Source of the DNA: a bacterium
GTDB taxonomy: Bacteria > Patescibacteriota > Minisyncoccia > Minisyncoccales > CG1-02-41-26
Assembly: GCA_043802745.1 (NCBI GenBank)
Contig: JAZDKU010000015.1
Location: 1,358 to 65,357, forward strand
Direction: 5' to 3'
DNA: 64,000 nucleotides
Part shown: piece by piece, positions 37,916 to 47,053 of the stretch
Layout: the number at the start of each line of letters is the position of its first letter
Numbering within the stretch: position 1 is the first letter of the stretch
Position numbers and translations under genes: made by a program
Notes under the pieces: model-generated
What the model was told of the DNA's origin: nothing
What the model saw: the letters and a program-made list of their open reading frames with translations, nothing else
Database searches by the model: none

Positions 37916-37943
37916 ATTATAGCAAAAATATCAATTGTGTCAA
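37916..37943 (-). promoter_or_regulatory. Consensus sigma70 promoter P1
   Basis: TTGACA-16 nt-TATAAT with extended -10 TGn. No credible protein gene follows. Confidence 0.8.
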
Positions 37944-38545
37944 GATTTTCGCTGTGGAGAAAAGCCTTTGGCGATGAGGTAAAATTCTTTGCTACCGCGC
38001 CGGACGGCTTGGGGGCGGTATCTTTTGACCATTTGAAAATGTTTTTTTACTTCTTTAACAAAATTATCAGTACCCGGCCCCTCAAAAATCTTGCAAACAA
38101 AATTGCCATTTTTCGCTAAAACTTTTATAGCAATCTCCAAAGCTCTTTGGGTTAGCTCCAAACAATTAGCCACATCTAATTCTAAAAGCCCAGTAGTGTT
38201 TGGAGCCATATCCGAAACCACTGCATTATATTTATCCTTTAAAAAATCGCTATCAAAAAAATCTTCAGCTAAAACATCTTTTTTAATAAAAATAGTATTG
38301 TTTAATGGCTTGGTGTTTAAATCTAAAATATCTACAGCCACCAGCCTGCCAGTCATTGAAATTTTATTACCAATATACAAAAGCCAAGAACCCGGAGCCG
38401 CTCCCAAATCTAAAACAAAAAAGCCTTTTTGTAAAAGCTTAAACTTTTCATCTACCTCTTTTAGCTTGTATACCGAACGAGCTGGATAACCCTCTTCCCT
38501 AGCTTTTTGCGTTAAAAAATCTTTTTTGCTAAATTCTCTTTTCAT
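37940..38545 (-). CDS. rlmE: 23S rRNA Um2552 methyltransferase RlmE/FtsJ
   Basis: GYPARSVYKL, LDLGAAPGSW, SDMAPNTTG and SKEFY motifs. Confidence 0.94.
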   Translation of the reverse strand: MKREFSKKDFLTQKAREEGYPARSVYKLKEVDEKFKLLQKGFFVLDLGAAPGSWLLYIGNKISMTGRLVAVDILDLNTKPLNNTIFIKKDVLAEDFFDSDFLKDKYNAVVSDMAPNTTGLLELDVANCLELTQRALEIAIKVLAKNGNFVCKIFEGPGTDNFVKEVKKHFQMVKRYRPQAVRRGSKEFYLIAKGFSPQRKS

Positions 38546-38548
38546 CTA

Positions 38549-39925
38549 TTACTTTAATTTATCTTGCAAGATATTTTTTATCTCGCTAATTTTTATTCTT
38601 TCTTGTTTCATGGTATCTCTATCGCGCAAAGTTACAGTGTCATCTGCGAGAGTATCAAAATCAATTGTTAGGCAAAATGGCGTTCCCACCTCATCTTGCC
38701 TTCTATATCTTTTGCCAATGTTTCCCGAATCATCAAATTCAACCATAAAATCTTTTTTCAATTCATTAAAAATAATTTTGGCTTTTTCAACCAATTCTGG
38801 CTTATTGGCTAATAACGGAAAAATGGCAGCTTTAATAGGCGCTAACTTAGCTGGAAATTTTAAAACTGTTCGAATTTCTCCGGCCTCTGTTTGCTCTTCA
38901 TTATAAACTTCGGTTAAAACAGCTAGCATTGTTCGGCCCACCCCAACAGAGGACTCAATAATATGGGGCACATATTTTTCTTTAGTTTTTGGGTCAGTAT
39001 AATCCAATATTACACCAGAAAATTTGCTATGCTGGGATAAATCATAATCGCTTCTAGCGTGAATGCCTTCTAATTCTTTAAAGCCGAATGGAAAATTATA
39101 CTCAATATCATAAGCCTCTTTAGCGTAAAAAACTAGATTTTCGTGCTTGTGCCATTTTAAATTTTTCTCGCTAATGCCAAGATTTAAATAATACTGCCAC
39201 CTAACCTGCCTTAATTTTTCATACTCCTCCATCTCGCCTTTTGGTGAGCAAAAATACTGCATTTCCATTTGTTCAAACTCGCGAGTGCGAAAAATAAACT
39301 GGCGGGCAGTTATTTCATTACGAAAAGCCTTGCCAATTTGGGCAATGCCAAAAGGAATTTGCACTCTGGCTGAATCTAAAACGTTTAAATAGTTAACATA
39401 AATTCCCTGGCAAGTTTCACCTCGCAAATAAACGGGTTCGCGAGTCCAGTCATCGGTAAAATTTCCCAAATTAGCTTTAACCAACAAATTAAACTTTCTA
39501 ACTTTTGTCCAGTCGATCTTTTGGCAGTTCGGGCATTTTATTTTGGCTTTGTGCTCGTCAAATAGTTTGTTAATTTCTTCTTCTGTCATTTTCTCATCAG
39601 CAAAAACATCAATACTTTCAAGCAAGTGGTCCACCCTCAAACGGCTGTGGCACTTTTTACATTCAGTTAACGGGTCAGCAAACCCGCCCACATGGCCAGA
39701 GGCTTCCCAAATTTTTGGATGCATAAAAATAGCAGAGTCAAGCCCAACAATATCCTCTCTTTCTTGAACCATGGCTTTCCACCATTCTTTCTTTATATTA
39801 TTGGCTAGCTCAACACCATACGGCCCTAAGTCATAAATAGCTGAAAATCCTCCGTAAATTTCCGAGCTAGCAAAAATAAAACCCCGCCTCTTGCACAAAG
39901 ATATAATATTTTGCATTAAATCCAT
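38549..39925 (-). CDS. glyQS: Glycine--tRNA ligase (alpha2 type)
   Basis: LCKRRGF, YLRGETCQGI, FRTREFEQME and IGKRYRRQDEVGTP motifs. Confidence 0.96.
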   Translation of the reverse strand: MDLMQNIISLCKRRGFIFASSEIYGGFSAIYDLGPYGVELANNIKKEWWKAMVQEREDIVGLDSAIFMHPKIWEASGHVGGFADPLTECKKCHSRLRVDHLLESIDVFADEKMTEEEINKLFDEHKAKIKCPNCQKIDWTKVRKFNLLVKANLGNFTDDWTREPVYLRGETCQGIYVNYLNVLDSARVQIPFGIAQIGKAFRNEITARQFIFRTREFEQMEMQYFCSPKGEMEEYEKLRQVRWQYYLNLGISEKNLKWHKHENLVFYAKEAYDIEYNFPFGFKELEGIHARSDYDLSQHSKFSGVILDYTDPKTKEKYVPHIIESSVGVGRTMLAVLTEVYNEEQTEAGEIRTVLKFPAKLAPIKAAIFPLLANKPELVEKAKIIFNELKKDFMVEFDDSGNIGKRYRRQDEVGTPFCLTIDFDTLADDTVTLRDRDTMKQERIKISEIKNILQDKLK

Positions 39926-39929
39926 AGTT

Positions 39930-41579
39930 TTATTTTACTATTCCGCTATCGCCATCAACTGAATCGTCGTGGGGCAAGGAAGTATCTTCTGCTTCTGATC
40001 TTTCTGCTATAGCATTGCCAGCAAAACTATCTTCAGCTGTTAACTGGGCTTCGCCAATTAGCAAAGCCACCGAGCCAACCTGTGAGCTATCGGGAACTAA
40101 TTCGATTTGAAAAGCCAAAGTATAGGGAGAATCAAACCCTTGAAAAGCTCTTATGTCGCCTATTGACCAAACTACCTCTCGAGAAGCTGAGTCAAAAGTA
40201 AAAGAAGCTCCTTGTGGATTTGTTTGGCCGGTCAGCCTAACATTAGCTGGCAAAACTGCTTTTACTTTTGCGTTAGTCAAACCATTCCAATAATTTTTAA
40301 TTTGCCAGAAAACAGTGTAGTCCGTGCTTGTGCCAACTTGCGGAGGAATTGGCCCTTTGGCGGTAAAAGCATCGTCTTGATACATAACTTTTTGACTAAA
40401 GTCTATTTTGCCTTGCAGTTTTGTTTCAAAAGCTTTTTCCACTCCGCTTAAAGAAACAGTGTTTCTCAAAATAGGGCTTTCAACCCTTCGGCTAAAAGAA
40501 GTGTCTTTTGTTTTTACCCAAAACTCTACTTTGCCCTCCTCGCTAGCATCTAAAAATCTTAAGCTTTGCACATCTTGCCAATCAAAGATAATCGAGTTGT
40601 CTCCTTGGCCAATGCTTCCGTTTTCTGTTTTTAAGCTATTAAGATCAAAAAAATCGCTGTTTAATTTTACTAAAAGAAATTTTTTCTCCAAAGCAGTTGC
40701 CCCAATATTTTTAAAATAAACTTCATAATGAAGCAAACTTCCAACCCTCATAGATCCGGCTTGGGAGCCATTAACCATTTGAGATATGAAAACAGACGGC
40801 TCGGAAATTTCTATAGACCCTGTCACTTCTTTTAAGGCCATGAAGCCCTTGTCTTTTATAATGCCAATTTGGGCTTTAAAAATTTTTCGCTCGCCTTGCG
40901 TTCCGTTCAACAATCCTTGAATGTTAACCCTGCCACCATTAGCTTGCGTTAGGGTGGGCAAAGACCACTCGGCCACATCCATGCCTTTTGGCTTAGCACT
41001 TTGAAAGGTAAAGCCCGAAGGATAAAACATCTTTAGCCTTAAATTTTCTAAAGGAAAGTTAATATTGGAAAAATAGTTAACTGTAAAACCCAAATCTCCC
41101 CCTTGCTCGGCCTTAACTGGCAAATCAAATTCTAAGGTTAAGGGCACAAAACTTATCTTAGTTGTTAGGTTGGTGTTTGACTCGTATCTTGATTTTAAAT
41201 TTTTAGGGTTATAAAAAAGAGATGCTTTAGCCTGAAGTGTATCATTTTCTTTGCCAATAACTATGGCTTTAAACACTGCTGTTCGCTCTTCTCCGGGATA
41301 AATATCTTCTAGTTTTTTAGTAATTCTTTGTTCAGTATCTTCAATGGGGGAAGCATTGCCCGGATATTCAAAAATAAGCTCAGCTGACTCAAGCCTTACT
41401 TTGCCATTATTTTTAAATTTAACTGTGTAATCAATTTCATCGCCAGCTTGAACTTGTTCTGGACCCAAAATTTCAAGCTTTAAAGCTTCTTTGGAATAGA
41501 TGTTTCCTCGCCAATACCAAAAAGCAATGGCTGCCAAAAAAGCCATGGCTAAAAGAAAAAAGGTTAAGAATTTCCTCAT
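39930..41579 (-). CDS. Membrane-anchored extracellular protein with repeated Ig-like (DUF11-like) domains
   Basis: N-terminal TM, repeated YxVxFKNxG and VVWSIG beta-sandwich patterns. Confidence 0.7.
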   Translation of the reverse strand: MRKFLTFFLLAMAFLAAIAFWYWRGNIYSKEALKLEILGPEQVQAGDEIDYTVKFKNNGKVRLESAELIFEYPGNASPIEDTEQRITKKLEDIYPGEERTAVFKAIVIGKENDTLQAKASLFYNPKNLKSRYESNTNLTTKISFVPLTLEFDLPVKAEQGGDLGFTVNYFSNINFPLENLRLKMFYPSGFTFQSAKPKGMDVAEWSLPTLTQANGGRVNIQGLLNGTQGERKIFKAQIGIIKDKGFMALKEVTGSIEISEPSVFISQMVNGSQAGSMRVGSLLHYEVYFKNIGATALEKKFLLVKLNSDFFDLNSLKTENGSIGQGDNSIIFDWQDVQSLRFLDASEEGKVEFWVKTKDTSFSRRVESPILRNTVSLSGVEKAFETKLQGKIDFSQKVMYQDDAFTAKGPIPPQVGTSTDYTVFWQIKNYWNGLTNAKVKAVLPANVRLTGQTNPQGASFTFDSASREVVWSIGDIRAFQGFDSPYTLAFQIELVPDSSQVGSVALLIGEAQLTAEDSFAGNAIAERSEAEDTSLPHDDSVDGDSGIVK

Positions 41580-41608
41580 ATTTTATAAAAATTATTTATG
41601 CTTCTATA

Positions 41609-42331
41609 TTACCCTTTTTCCACTAAAAAATCAAAGTATGCAGTAAAAGCCTGGTTTAGATTTTGCAAATCTTTTTCCAAAATATTTAATCTCTCTACTT
41701 TCTCAATTGGCTCTTTGATAAAAAATCTTATAAGCTTCACCGCCCCCACTGTGATTTCCTGAGCAGGAAAATCACAGCACTTCCCGCATATCACTCCTCC
41801 GTGCTCTGGTGATAAAAAAAATATCTCTGGCAAAAGTTTTTTAGCGCAAACAGGGCAAGTGTAGAGCTCAGGAGAATAACCTAAAATCGCCAATAGGTTC
41901 CAGGCAAAGTGGTAATAAATAATTTTCAATTTACAATTTTCAATTTTCAAACAATTTTCAATTTTTTGAAATACTCCAAACAGTAAATTCCAAACGTTTT
42001 CATCGCTTTGTTCTTTTATTGTCAAGCGACACATGATTTCAGAGATTTTAATTATCAAAGAAAGCGCTCCTGGATTTTTTCTTGTTTCTGAAAACTTGTC
42101 AGTTATAATGGCATCAGTTAGAGTTTTTTGTTTTTTGCCTTGGATAAATTCGAGTTCAATAAAATAAAAAACATCAATGCCTGCTCTTAATTTTGATGTT
42201 ATTTTACGAATTGCCCTACCAACCACTTCTATCTTGCCAAAGTCCTGTGTGTATAAAATAAAAATCTGGTCTGCCTCCCCAGAATCTCTTTTAGATAAAA
42301 CAATTCCTTTTGTTCGATAATGCTGATGCAT
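41609..42331 (-). CDS. recO: DNA repair protein RecO
   Basis: GIVL..GEADQI..GKI..AIRKITSKL and CPVC..CGKC zinc finger. Confidence 0.92.
   Translation of the reverse strand: MHQHYRTKGIVLSKRDSGEADQIFILYTQDFGKIEVVGRAIRKITSKLRAGIDVFYFIELEFIQGKKQKTLTDAIITDKFSETRKNPGALSLIIKISEIMCRLTIKEQSDENVWNLLFGVFQKIENCLKIENCKLKIIYYHFAWNLLAILGYSPELYTCPVCAKKLLPEIFFLSPEHGGVICGKCCDFPAQEITVGAVKLIRFFIKEPIEKVERLNILEKDLQNLNQAFTAYFDFLVEKG
41921..41966. repeat. In-frame heptamer array in recO
   Basis: (AATTTWC)n encodes KIENCLKIENCKLKI. Confidence 0.8.
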
Positions 42332-42332
42332 A

Positions 42333-42740
42333 CTAAAGGCCTGTTTTCTTTTTTAAATAATTATATTTCTGCAGAGCGTCAAACTTTTCTTGCGAGGGCT
42401 TGTAGGCCTTGCCTTTTTGCTCTAAATCGCGCATTGTTTCTTGCAGAGCTTTTCTACTAACATACTCGCCAAATTTTTCTTTAGGAAAAAGACTCTCAGC
42501 CAAAGCTTTTCTTTTGGCTCGGCTTGAATAGCTACCTCGAATGCCCGCCTTCCAGCCAGTTTGAGGAATTCTATCTTTATCAAGAGTGATTTTTTTAACC
42601 AAATCATTCCGCTTAACAAAATCCCTTCTACCTGAAAAAAATATTTTTTTATCAAGCTTTTTAAAACCAACCCTCTTGGGTCTTGCTTCCCCAGTTGAAC
42701 TTAAACCAAAAAATTTAGGAATTCTATCTAATATAGACAT
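42333..42740 (-). CDS. Hypothetical basic protein
   Basis: Lys/Arg-rich ORF coupled between ileS and recO. Confidence 0.6.
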   Translation of the reverse strand: MSILDRIPKFFGLSSTGEARPKRVGFKKLDKKIFFSGRRDFVKRNDLVKKITLDKDRIPQTGWKAGIRGSYSSRAKRKALAESLFPKEKFGEYVSRKALQETMRDLEQKGKAYKPSQEKFDALQKYNYLKKKTGL

Positions 42741-45673
42741 AGCGCTAACCAAATTACTTTCCCATCTATTTTAAATTCTGACTGGGCTAAGAATTCTCCT
42801 TCTTTATTTTTGTTTTCTTTTATTTCTTTTGAGCGAGTGGTTGATAAAATTTCGGCTTTGTTTTTATCAAAAATTTTCTCTAAACTCTTTTCAGCAGAGT
42901 AACTAATAACAATATTTGTGTCGTTTGGCGTTAGCCCGGCTTGTTTGCGCAAGCTTTGGATATTTCTAATAATTTCCCGCACTGTGCCCTCTTCTTTTAA
43001 CTCCTCGGTCATAGTAGTGTCCAGCTCAACCCCACCAGTAATATCATCGCTAAACAAAACCTCTTTAACATTGACCTCATCTTTAATTAATTCCAAAAAT
43101 TCTTTTTTCCCCTTTATTCCTAATTCATAATTCTTAATTCTTAATTCTTTTAAGGCTTGTCTCACCCCAATACCAAGCTCGGCTCTTTTGGCCAAAACCA
43201 AAGAAACAACATCCCTAACCTCCTGCATATCTTTTTCTAATTTTTCATCAATAAGTTTCTTATCCACTTTAGGCCAATCGCACAGATGAACCGACCGAGG
43301 GCAGCCCTCGGGGTAGCACCCCGAGGGCTGCCCTCGGGACACTAACTGCTGATAAATATCTTCAGCTAAAAATGGCATAAAAGGAGTGGTAAGTTTGGCA
43401 ATAGTTATTAAAACATCATAAAAAGTTTGCTCTGCTTCTTGAAATCTTTTGCGCGATCTTCGCACATACCAAAGCGACAAATCATTAATCCAAAAATTTT
43501 CAATAGCCAACGTGGCTTTCATTACGTCAAATTTATCTAAGCTATCTGTTGCCTCTTTTATTAAATTATTTAATTTTGAAATTATCCATCTATCTAAAAC
43601 ATTCTTGATTCTTGATTCTTGATTCTTGATTCTTGATTCTGACGCGTATGTTAAAAAGAAGGTTACGCAATTTGTTAAAGTTAAGATTTTTCTTTCAGTT
43701 TCTTTGGCCACATTATAGCCAAACCTCATATTGTTGGCTGGATTTTGTACCACATACATCCATCTCATCACGTCAGCTCCGATTTTTTCTACTGCCTCGT
43801 CAAACCAAATAGCATTGCCTTTTGACTTGTGCATTTCCTCGCCCTTTTCATCCACTACTGAAGCAAACCCTAATAAATTCTTAAACGGCATTTCATTTTC
43901 CAAAACTTGGCTCATCACCAACAAAACATAAAACCAATTTTTAAATTGACCGGGAAAACTCTCGCACACTAAATCAGCTGGGAACCATTTGTCCCACTCT
44001 CCTTTATTATTATGAAAATAGCCGGGAATGGTTGAAAATGGCACAATACCCGCATCCAGCCATGGAGTACCAACATCTAAAATTCTTGGCACAACTTCAC
44101 TGCACTTTGAGCATTTTATCTTTACTGAATCAATCCAAGGCCGATGAAGTGAATTTCCCTCGAATTCTTTCCAACCCTCCACTGCCCTTTCTTTTAATTC
44201 TCCCATTGAGCCAATAACATCAAAATTTTTACACTTAGAGCATTCATAAATCGGCAGGGCCAAACCCCAATATCTTTTTTTAGATATTAGCCAATCGCGC
44301 ATATTCAGGAGCCAATCAAGCTCTCTTTCTAAGCAAAAACCAGGAACCCAGTTTATTTTTCTGGCAATAGTCATTAGTGGTGCTTTTAGATAATCCATAG
44401 CAATATACCACTCATCAACCAAGCGAAAAATTAACTCACTTTTACATCTCCAGCAAGTTGGATACCTGTGTTTATAATCTTCTATTTTATAAACTAAGTT
44501 ATTGGTTTTTAATCTTTCAAAAATAAGCTCACGAACAAACTCTTCGCCCACAAAATGCCCGGTTAAAGCATCAAAGCCTTCGGCGTATTTACTTTCATCG
44601 TTAGTTGGATTAACAACTGGCAAGCCTTGTTCTTTCCCTAAAGCAAAATCTTCCTGGCCACACCCTGGGGCAGAGTGCACAACTCCAGTGCCCTCTTCTT
44701 GCGTTACATCTTTCCATAAAATAACTTTGTGCTCATAACTTTTTAAAGCCTCCCTTACAGCGGGCAATTCATCAAAAAGCCCAGTATATCTCTTGCCTTC
44801 AAGCGCCCTACCTTCAAATACTTCCAAAATTTGACCATTTTCAATTAAACTAGCTTTGTCTTTTAATAAGATATAAATTTCGCCAGTTTTTGGGTCAGCT
44901 ACTTTAGCATAAATCAAATCCGGATGAACTGATAAAAAAACATTGGCCACTAATGTCCATGGAGTGGTTGTCCAGGCTAAAAAATATGTTTCATTTTCGC
45001 CCATAACTGGCAGTTTAAAATAAATAGCCTTATGGGTTATTTCTTTATATTCCTCAGTTAAAATTTCGTGCTGGGAAATAGCAGTGCCACATCTCGGACA
45101 CCAAGGCACCACATCATGGCCTTTGTATAAAAGCCCTTTTTCTTTACACCTCTTCAGGAAATGCCAAATAGCGTAATTATTTTCTGGGGACATTGTGTAA
45201 TACGAATGGCTTTGCTCCATCCACTCGCCTTTTTCATCAAAATCTGTTTGCCAGTTGCCCCAATCCCGCAACATGCCCAATCTTATGGACTGCTCGGTTT
45301 GGATTTTTGAATATTTATGCACCCGCTCCTTACATTTGTTGACAAAATTAGCAATGCCGTATCTTTCAATGTCCTTTTTGTTGCGAAAGCCAAGTTCTTT
45401 TTCCACTTCTACTTCCACCCAAAGCCCTTGGCAATCAAAACCATTTTGGAAGCGCTCGCTATAGCCTTGCATGGCCCTATACCGCTGAAATAAGTCTTTG
45501 TAAGTCCTGCCCCAAGCATGATGAACGCCCATGGGGTTATTAGCAGTTATCGGACCATCTAAAAAACTCCAAGGCTTTCCTTTTTTATTTTTCTCTTTCA
45601 GTTTTTCTAAAAGTTTTATATCCTCCCAAAACTTTAAAGTTTCCTTTTCTTTTTTTACAAAATCATTTTCCAT
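42728..45673 (-). CDS. ileS: Isoleucine--tRNA ligase, type 2, with non-canonical GVHH and EMHKS signatures
   Basis: LDGPITAN, GFDCQGL, WTTTPWTL, DWLISKKRYWG and type-2 C-terminus (EEGTVREIIRNIQSLRK). Confidence 0.96.
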   Translation of the reverse strand: MENDFVKKEKETLKFWEDIKLLEKLKEKNKKGKPWSFLDGPITANNPMGVHHAWGRTYKDLFQRYRAMQGYSERFQNGFDCQGLWVEVEVEKELGFRNKKDIERYGIANFVNKCKERVHKYSKIQTEQSIRLGMLRDWGNWQTDFDEKGEWMEQSHSYYTMSPENNYAIWHFLKRCKEKGLLYKGHDVVPWCPRCGTAISQHEILTEEYKEITHKAIYFKLPVMGENETYFLAWTTTPWTLVANVFLSVHPDLIYAKVADPKTGEIYILLKDKASLIENGQILEVFEGRALEGKRYTGLFDELPAVREALKSYEHKVILWKDVTQEEGTGVVHSAPGCGQEDFALGKEQGLPVVNPTNDESKYAEGFDALTGHFVGEEFVRELIFERLKTNNLVYKIEDYKHRYPTCWRCKSELIFRLVDEWYIAMDYLKAPLMTIARKINWVPGFCLERELDWLLNMRDWLISKKRYWGLALPIYECSKCKNFDVIGSMGELKERAVEGWKEFEGNSLHRPWIDSVKIKCSKCSEVVPRILDVGTPWLDAGIVPFSTIPGYFHNNKGEWDKWFPADLVCESFPGQFKNWFYVLLVMSQVLENEMPFKNLLGFASVVDEKGEEMHKSKGNAIWFDEAVEKIGADVMRWMYVVQNPANNMRFGYNVAKETERKILTLTNCVTFFLTYASESRIKNQESRIKNVLDRWIISKLNNLIKEATDSLDKFDVMKATLAIENFWINDLSLWYVRRSRKRFQEAEQTFYDVLITIAKLTTPFMPFLAEDIYQQLVSRGQPSGCYPEGCPRSVHLCDWPKVDKKLIDEKLEKDMQEVRDVVSLVLAKRAELGIGVRQALKELRIKNYELGIKGKKEFLELIKDEVNVKEVLFSDDITGGVELDTTMTEELKEEGTVREIIRNIQSLRKQAGLTPNDTNIVISYSAEKSLEKIFDKNKAEILSTTRSKEIKENKNKEGEFLAQSEFKIDGKVIWLALCLY
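43118..43149. repeat. In-frame heptamer array in ileS (ELRIKNYELG)
   Basis: 32 bp identical to tatD 29077-29108. Confidence 0.9.
43295..43337. repeat. Nested palindrome inside ileS (RGQPSGCYPEGCPR)
   Basis: Perfect 20-bp arms CCGAGGGCAGCCCTCGGGGT-AGC-ACCCCGAGGGCTGCCCTCGG. Each arm is itself palindromic. Confidence 0.9.
43601..43640. repeat. Perfect in-frame heptamer array in ileS
   Basis: (ATTCTTG)x5 plus ATTCT encodes ESRIKNQESRIKN. Confidence 0.9.
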
Positions 45674-45686
45674 GAATTTTACTTTA

Positions 45687-46283
45687 TCACTTTACGAACG
45701 GATTTTCCATATCAAAAATAATAAGCGGAGTCTGGTTGTTAATTTTTGCTTCATCAATGCCATATTCGCCATACTTTTTTGTATAAATCAGACTAACAGC
45801 GCAAAATAACGCTTGCGAATAGTCAAAGCCTAATTTTTCTGAAACTTCTTTGGTTTCTTGTTCGCTTGGGCCTTCAACTTCCACAAACGGCTCTAAAAAT
45901 GGCCATTCATCAATACAAATTTCAGTTTCAGCCATCTGCCAAACTTCTCTTTTGCTTTCTTGACGAGCTTTTTCCTTGCAGCCCAATTCTTTTAAAAACT
46001 CAACTCCATTTTCAAGGCTATCAATTTTTAAACAAATTTCTTTTTGCTCATCTATTTTTATAGCTCCGCCCCGCCCAACAATTTTAAAACTCATGGTAAT
46101 TTTATCGCCCTCATCTCTAACCCTAGCAAAAGCTCCTGGCCTATCATATCCTTCGGGCAAATGAAAAACGCACCGCTTCATTACAACTTCTGGCTTAACC
46201 AAAACCGCCCCAACCTGTTTGAGTTTTTCTCTAACCTCATCCTTATTAATATTTACGAATGTCGCCTCATACTCCGTCTGCAT
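45687..46283 (-). CDS. CYTH-domain protein
   Basis: EYEATF, RVRDEG, KREVW and FVEVEG motifs. Confidence 0.85.
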   Translation of the reverse strand: MQTEYEATFVNINKDEVREKLKQVGAVLVKPEVVMKRCVFHLPEGYDRPGAFARVRDEGDKITMSFKIVGRGGAIKIDEQKEICLKIDSLENGVEFLKELGCKEKARQESKREVWQMAETEICIDEWPFLEPFVEVEGPSEQETKEVSEKLGFDYSQALFCAVSLIYTKKYGEYGIDEAKINNQTPLIIFDMENPFVK

Positions 46284-46287
46284 AAAT

Positions 46288-47046
46288 TTATTTTAATTTA
46301 AAAATAAAACCGTTACGACTCCAAAACCATAGGGGTGGGTGCAGATCGATAGGGGCAATGCCGCTACCAGCCAACAGCTCGCGCCATTTCTGGGAAATTT
46401 GGTCTTTAGAGAGTTTTTTCGCTTCATCTTCGGTTATAACCCCAAGTATAATTGAGCATTTCGTGATGTGGGTATCAGGGGCTATTTCGATAAACTCTTT
46501 ATTTTTTAAATCAATTCCACCATAAGTGCTCATTACAAAACCCCAATAATTAAAAATTTTCGGACCAGACAAATATGGAAAATCTTTTTTAAATCTTCCT
46601 TGGATTATATTCTTAACTTCTGAAAAATCATTATTAGCCCCCTGAAAAAAATCTATAAACGATCCCCAGTTTTTAAAAATTGTTTGGCTAATTTTTTGCC
46701 AAATCTCTGGGTGCTTGTTAGGTTGTAAGGCTAATTTATGCTTTATCAAATTTTCTCGCAAATCCGCTTGACTCATTGCTGCAACTCTAGCCAAAGAAAA
46801 AACTTTTTTTGTTGCTTCATCATTATAAGTTATCAGGGCTGCCTGCCAAAGCTTATAACTATCTCTTTGATAATTCAGGGCCATTGGCAAAGTAAAGTAT
46901 GCTAATTTTTCCTCTGTTTGATTTTTTGAAAAACCAGGATTTGTGTCTTCTGGCATTATTGTTTGCCCTAGCCTGCCATCTCTATACGCCTCCAACAAAA
47001 TCCTGCAATTGCCCACAACTCTTTCTTTTTTAAAAACATTTCTCAT
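46288..47046 (-). CDS. Hypothetical protein, possibly HhH DNA-glycosylase-like
   Basis: YLSGPKI..IAPDTH..LW pattern resembles the HhH-GPD fold. Function not established. Confidence 0.6.
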   Translation of the reverse strand: MRNVFKKERVVGNCRILLEAYRDGRLGQTIMPEDTNPGFSKNQTEEKLAYFTLPMALNYQRDSYKLWQAALITYNDEATKKVFSLARVAAMSQADLRENLIKHKLALQPNKHPEIWQKISQTIFKNWGSFIDFFQGANNDFSEVKNIIQGRFKKDFPYLSGPKIFNYWGFVMSTYGGIDLKNKEFIEIAPDTHITKCSIILGVITEDEAKKLSKDQISQKWRELLAGSGIAPIDLHPPLWFWSRNGFIFKLK

Positions 47047-47053
47047 TTAAAAA

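Noticed and set aside
21820-43640. Intragenic inserts as introns, inteins or frameshift pseudogenes
   Set aside because: They are too short, lack splice or intein motifs, and all reading frames stay open with catalytic motifs intact.
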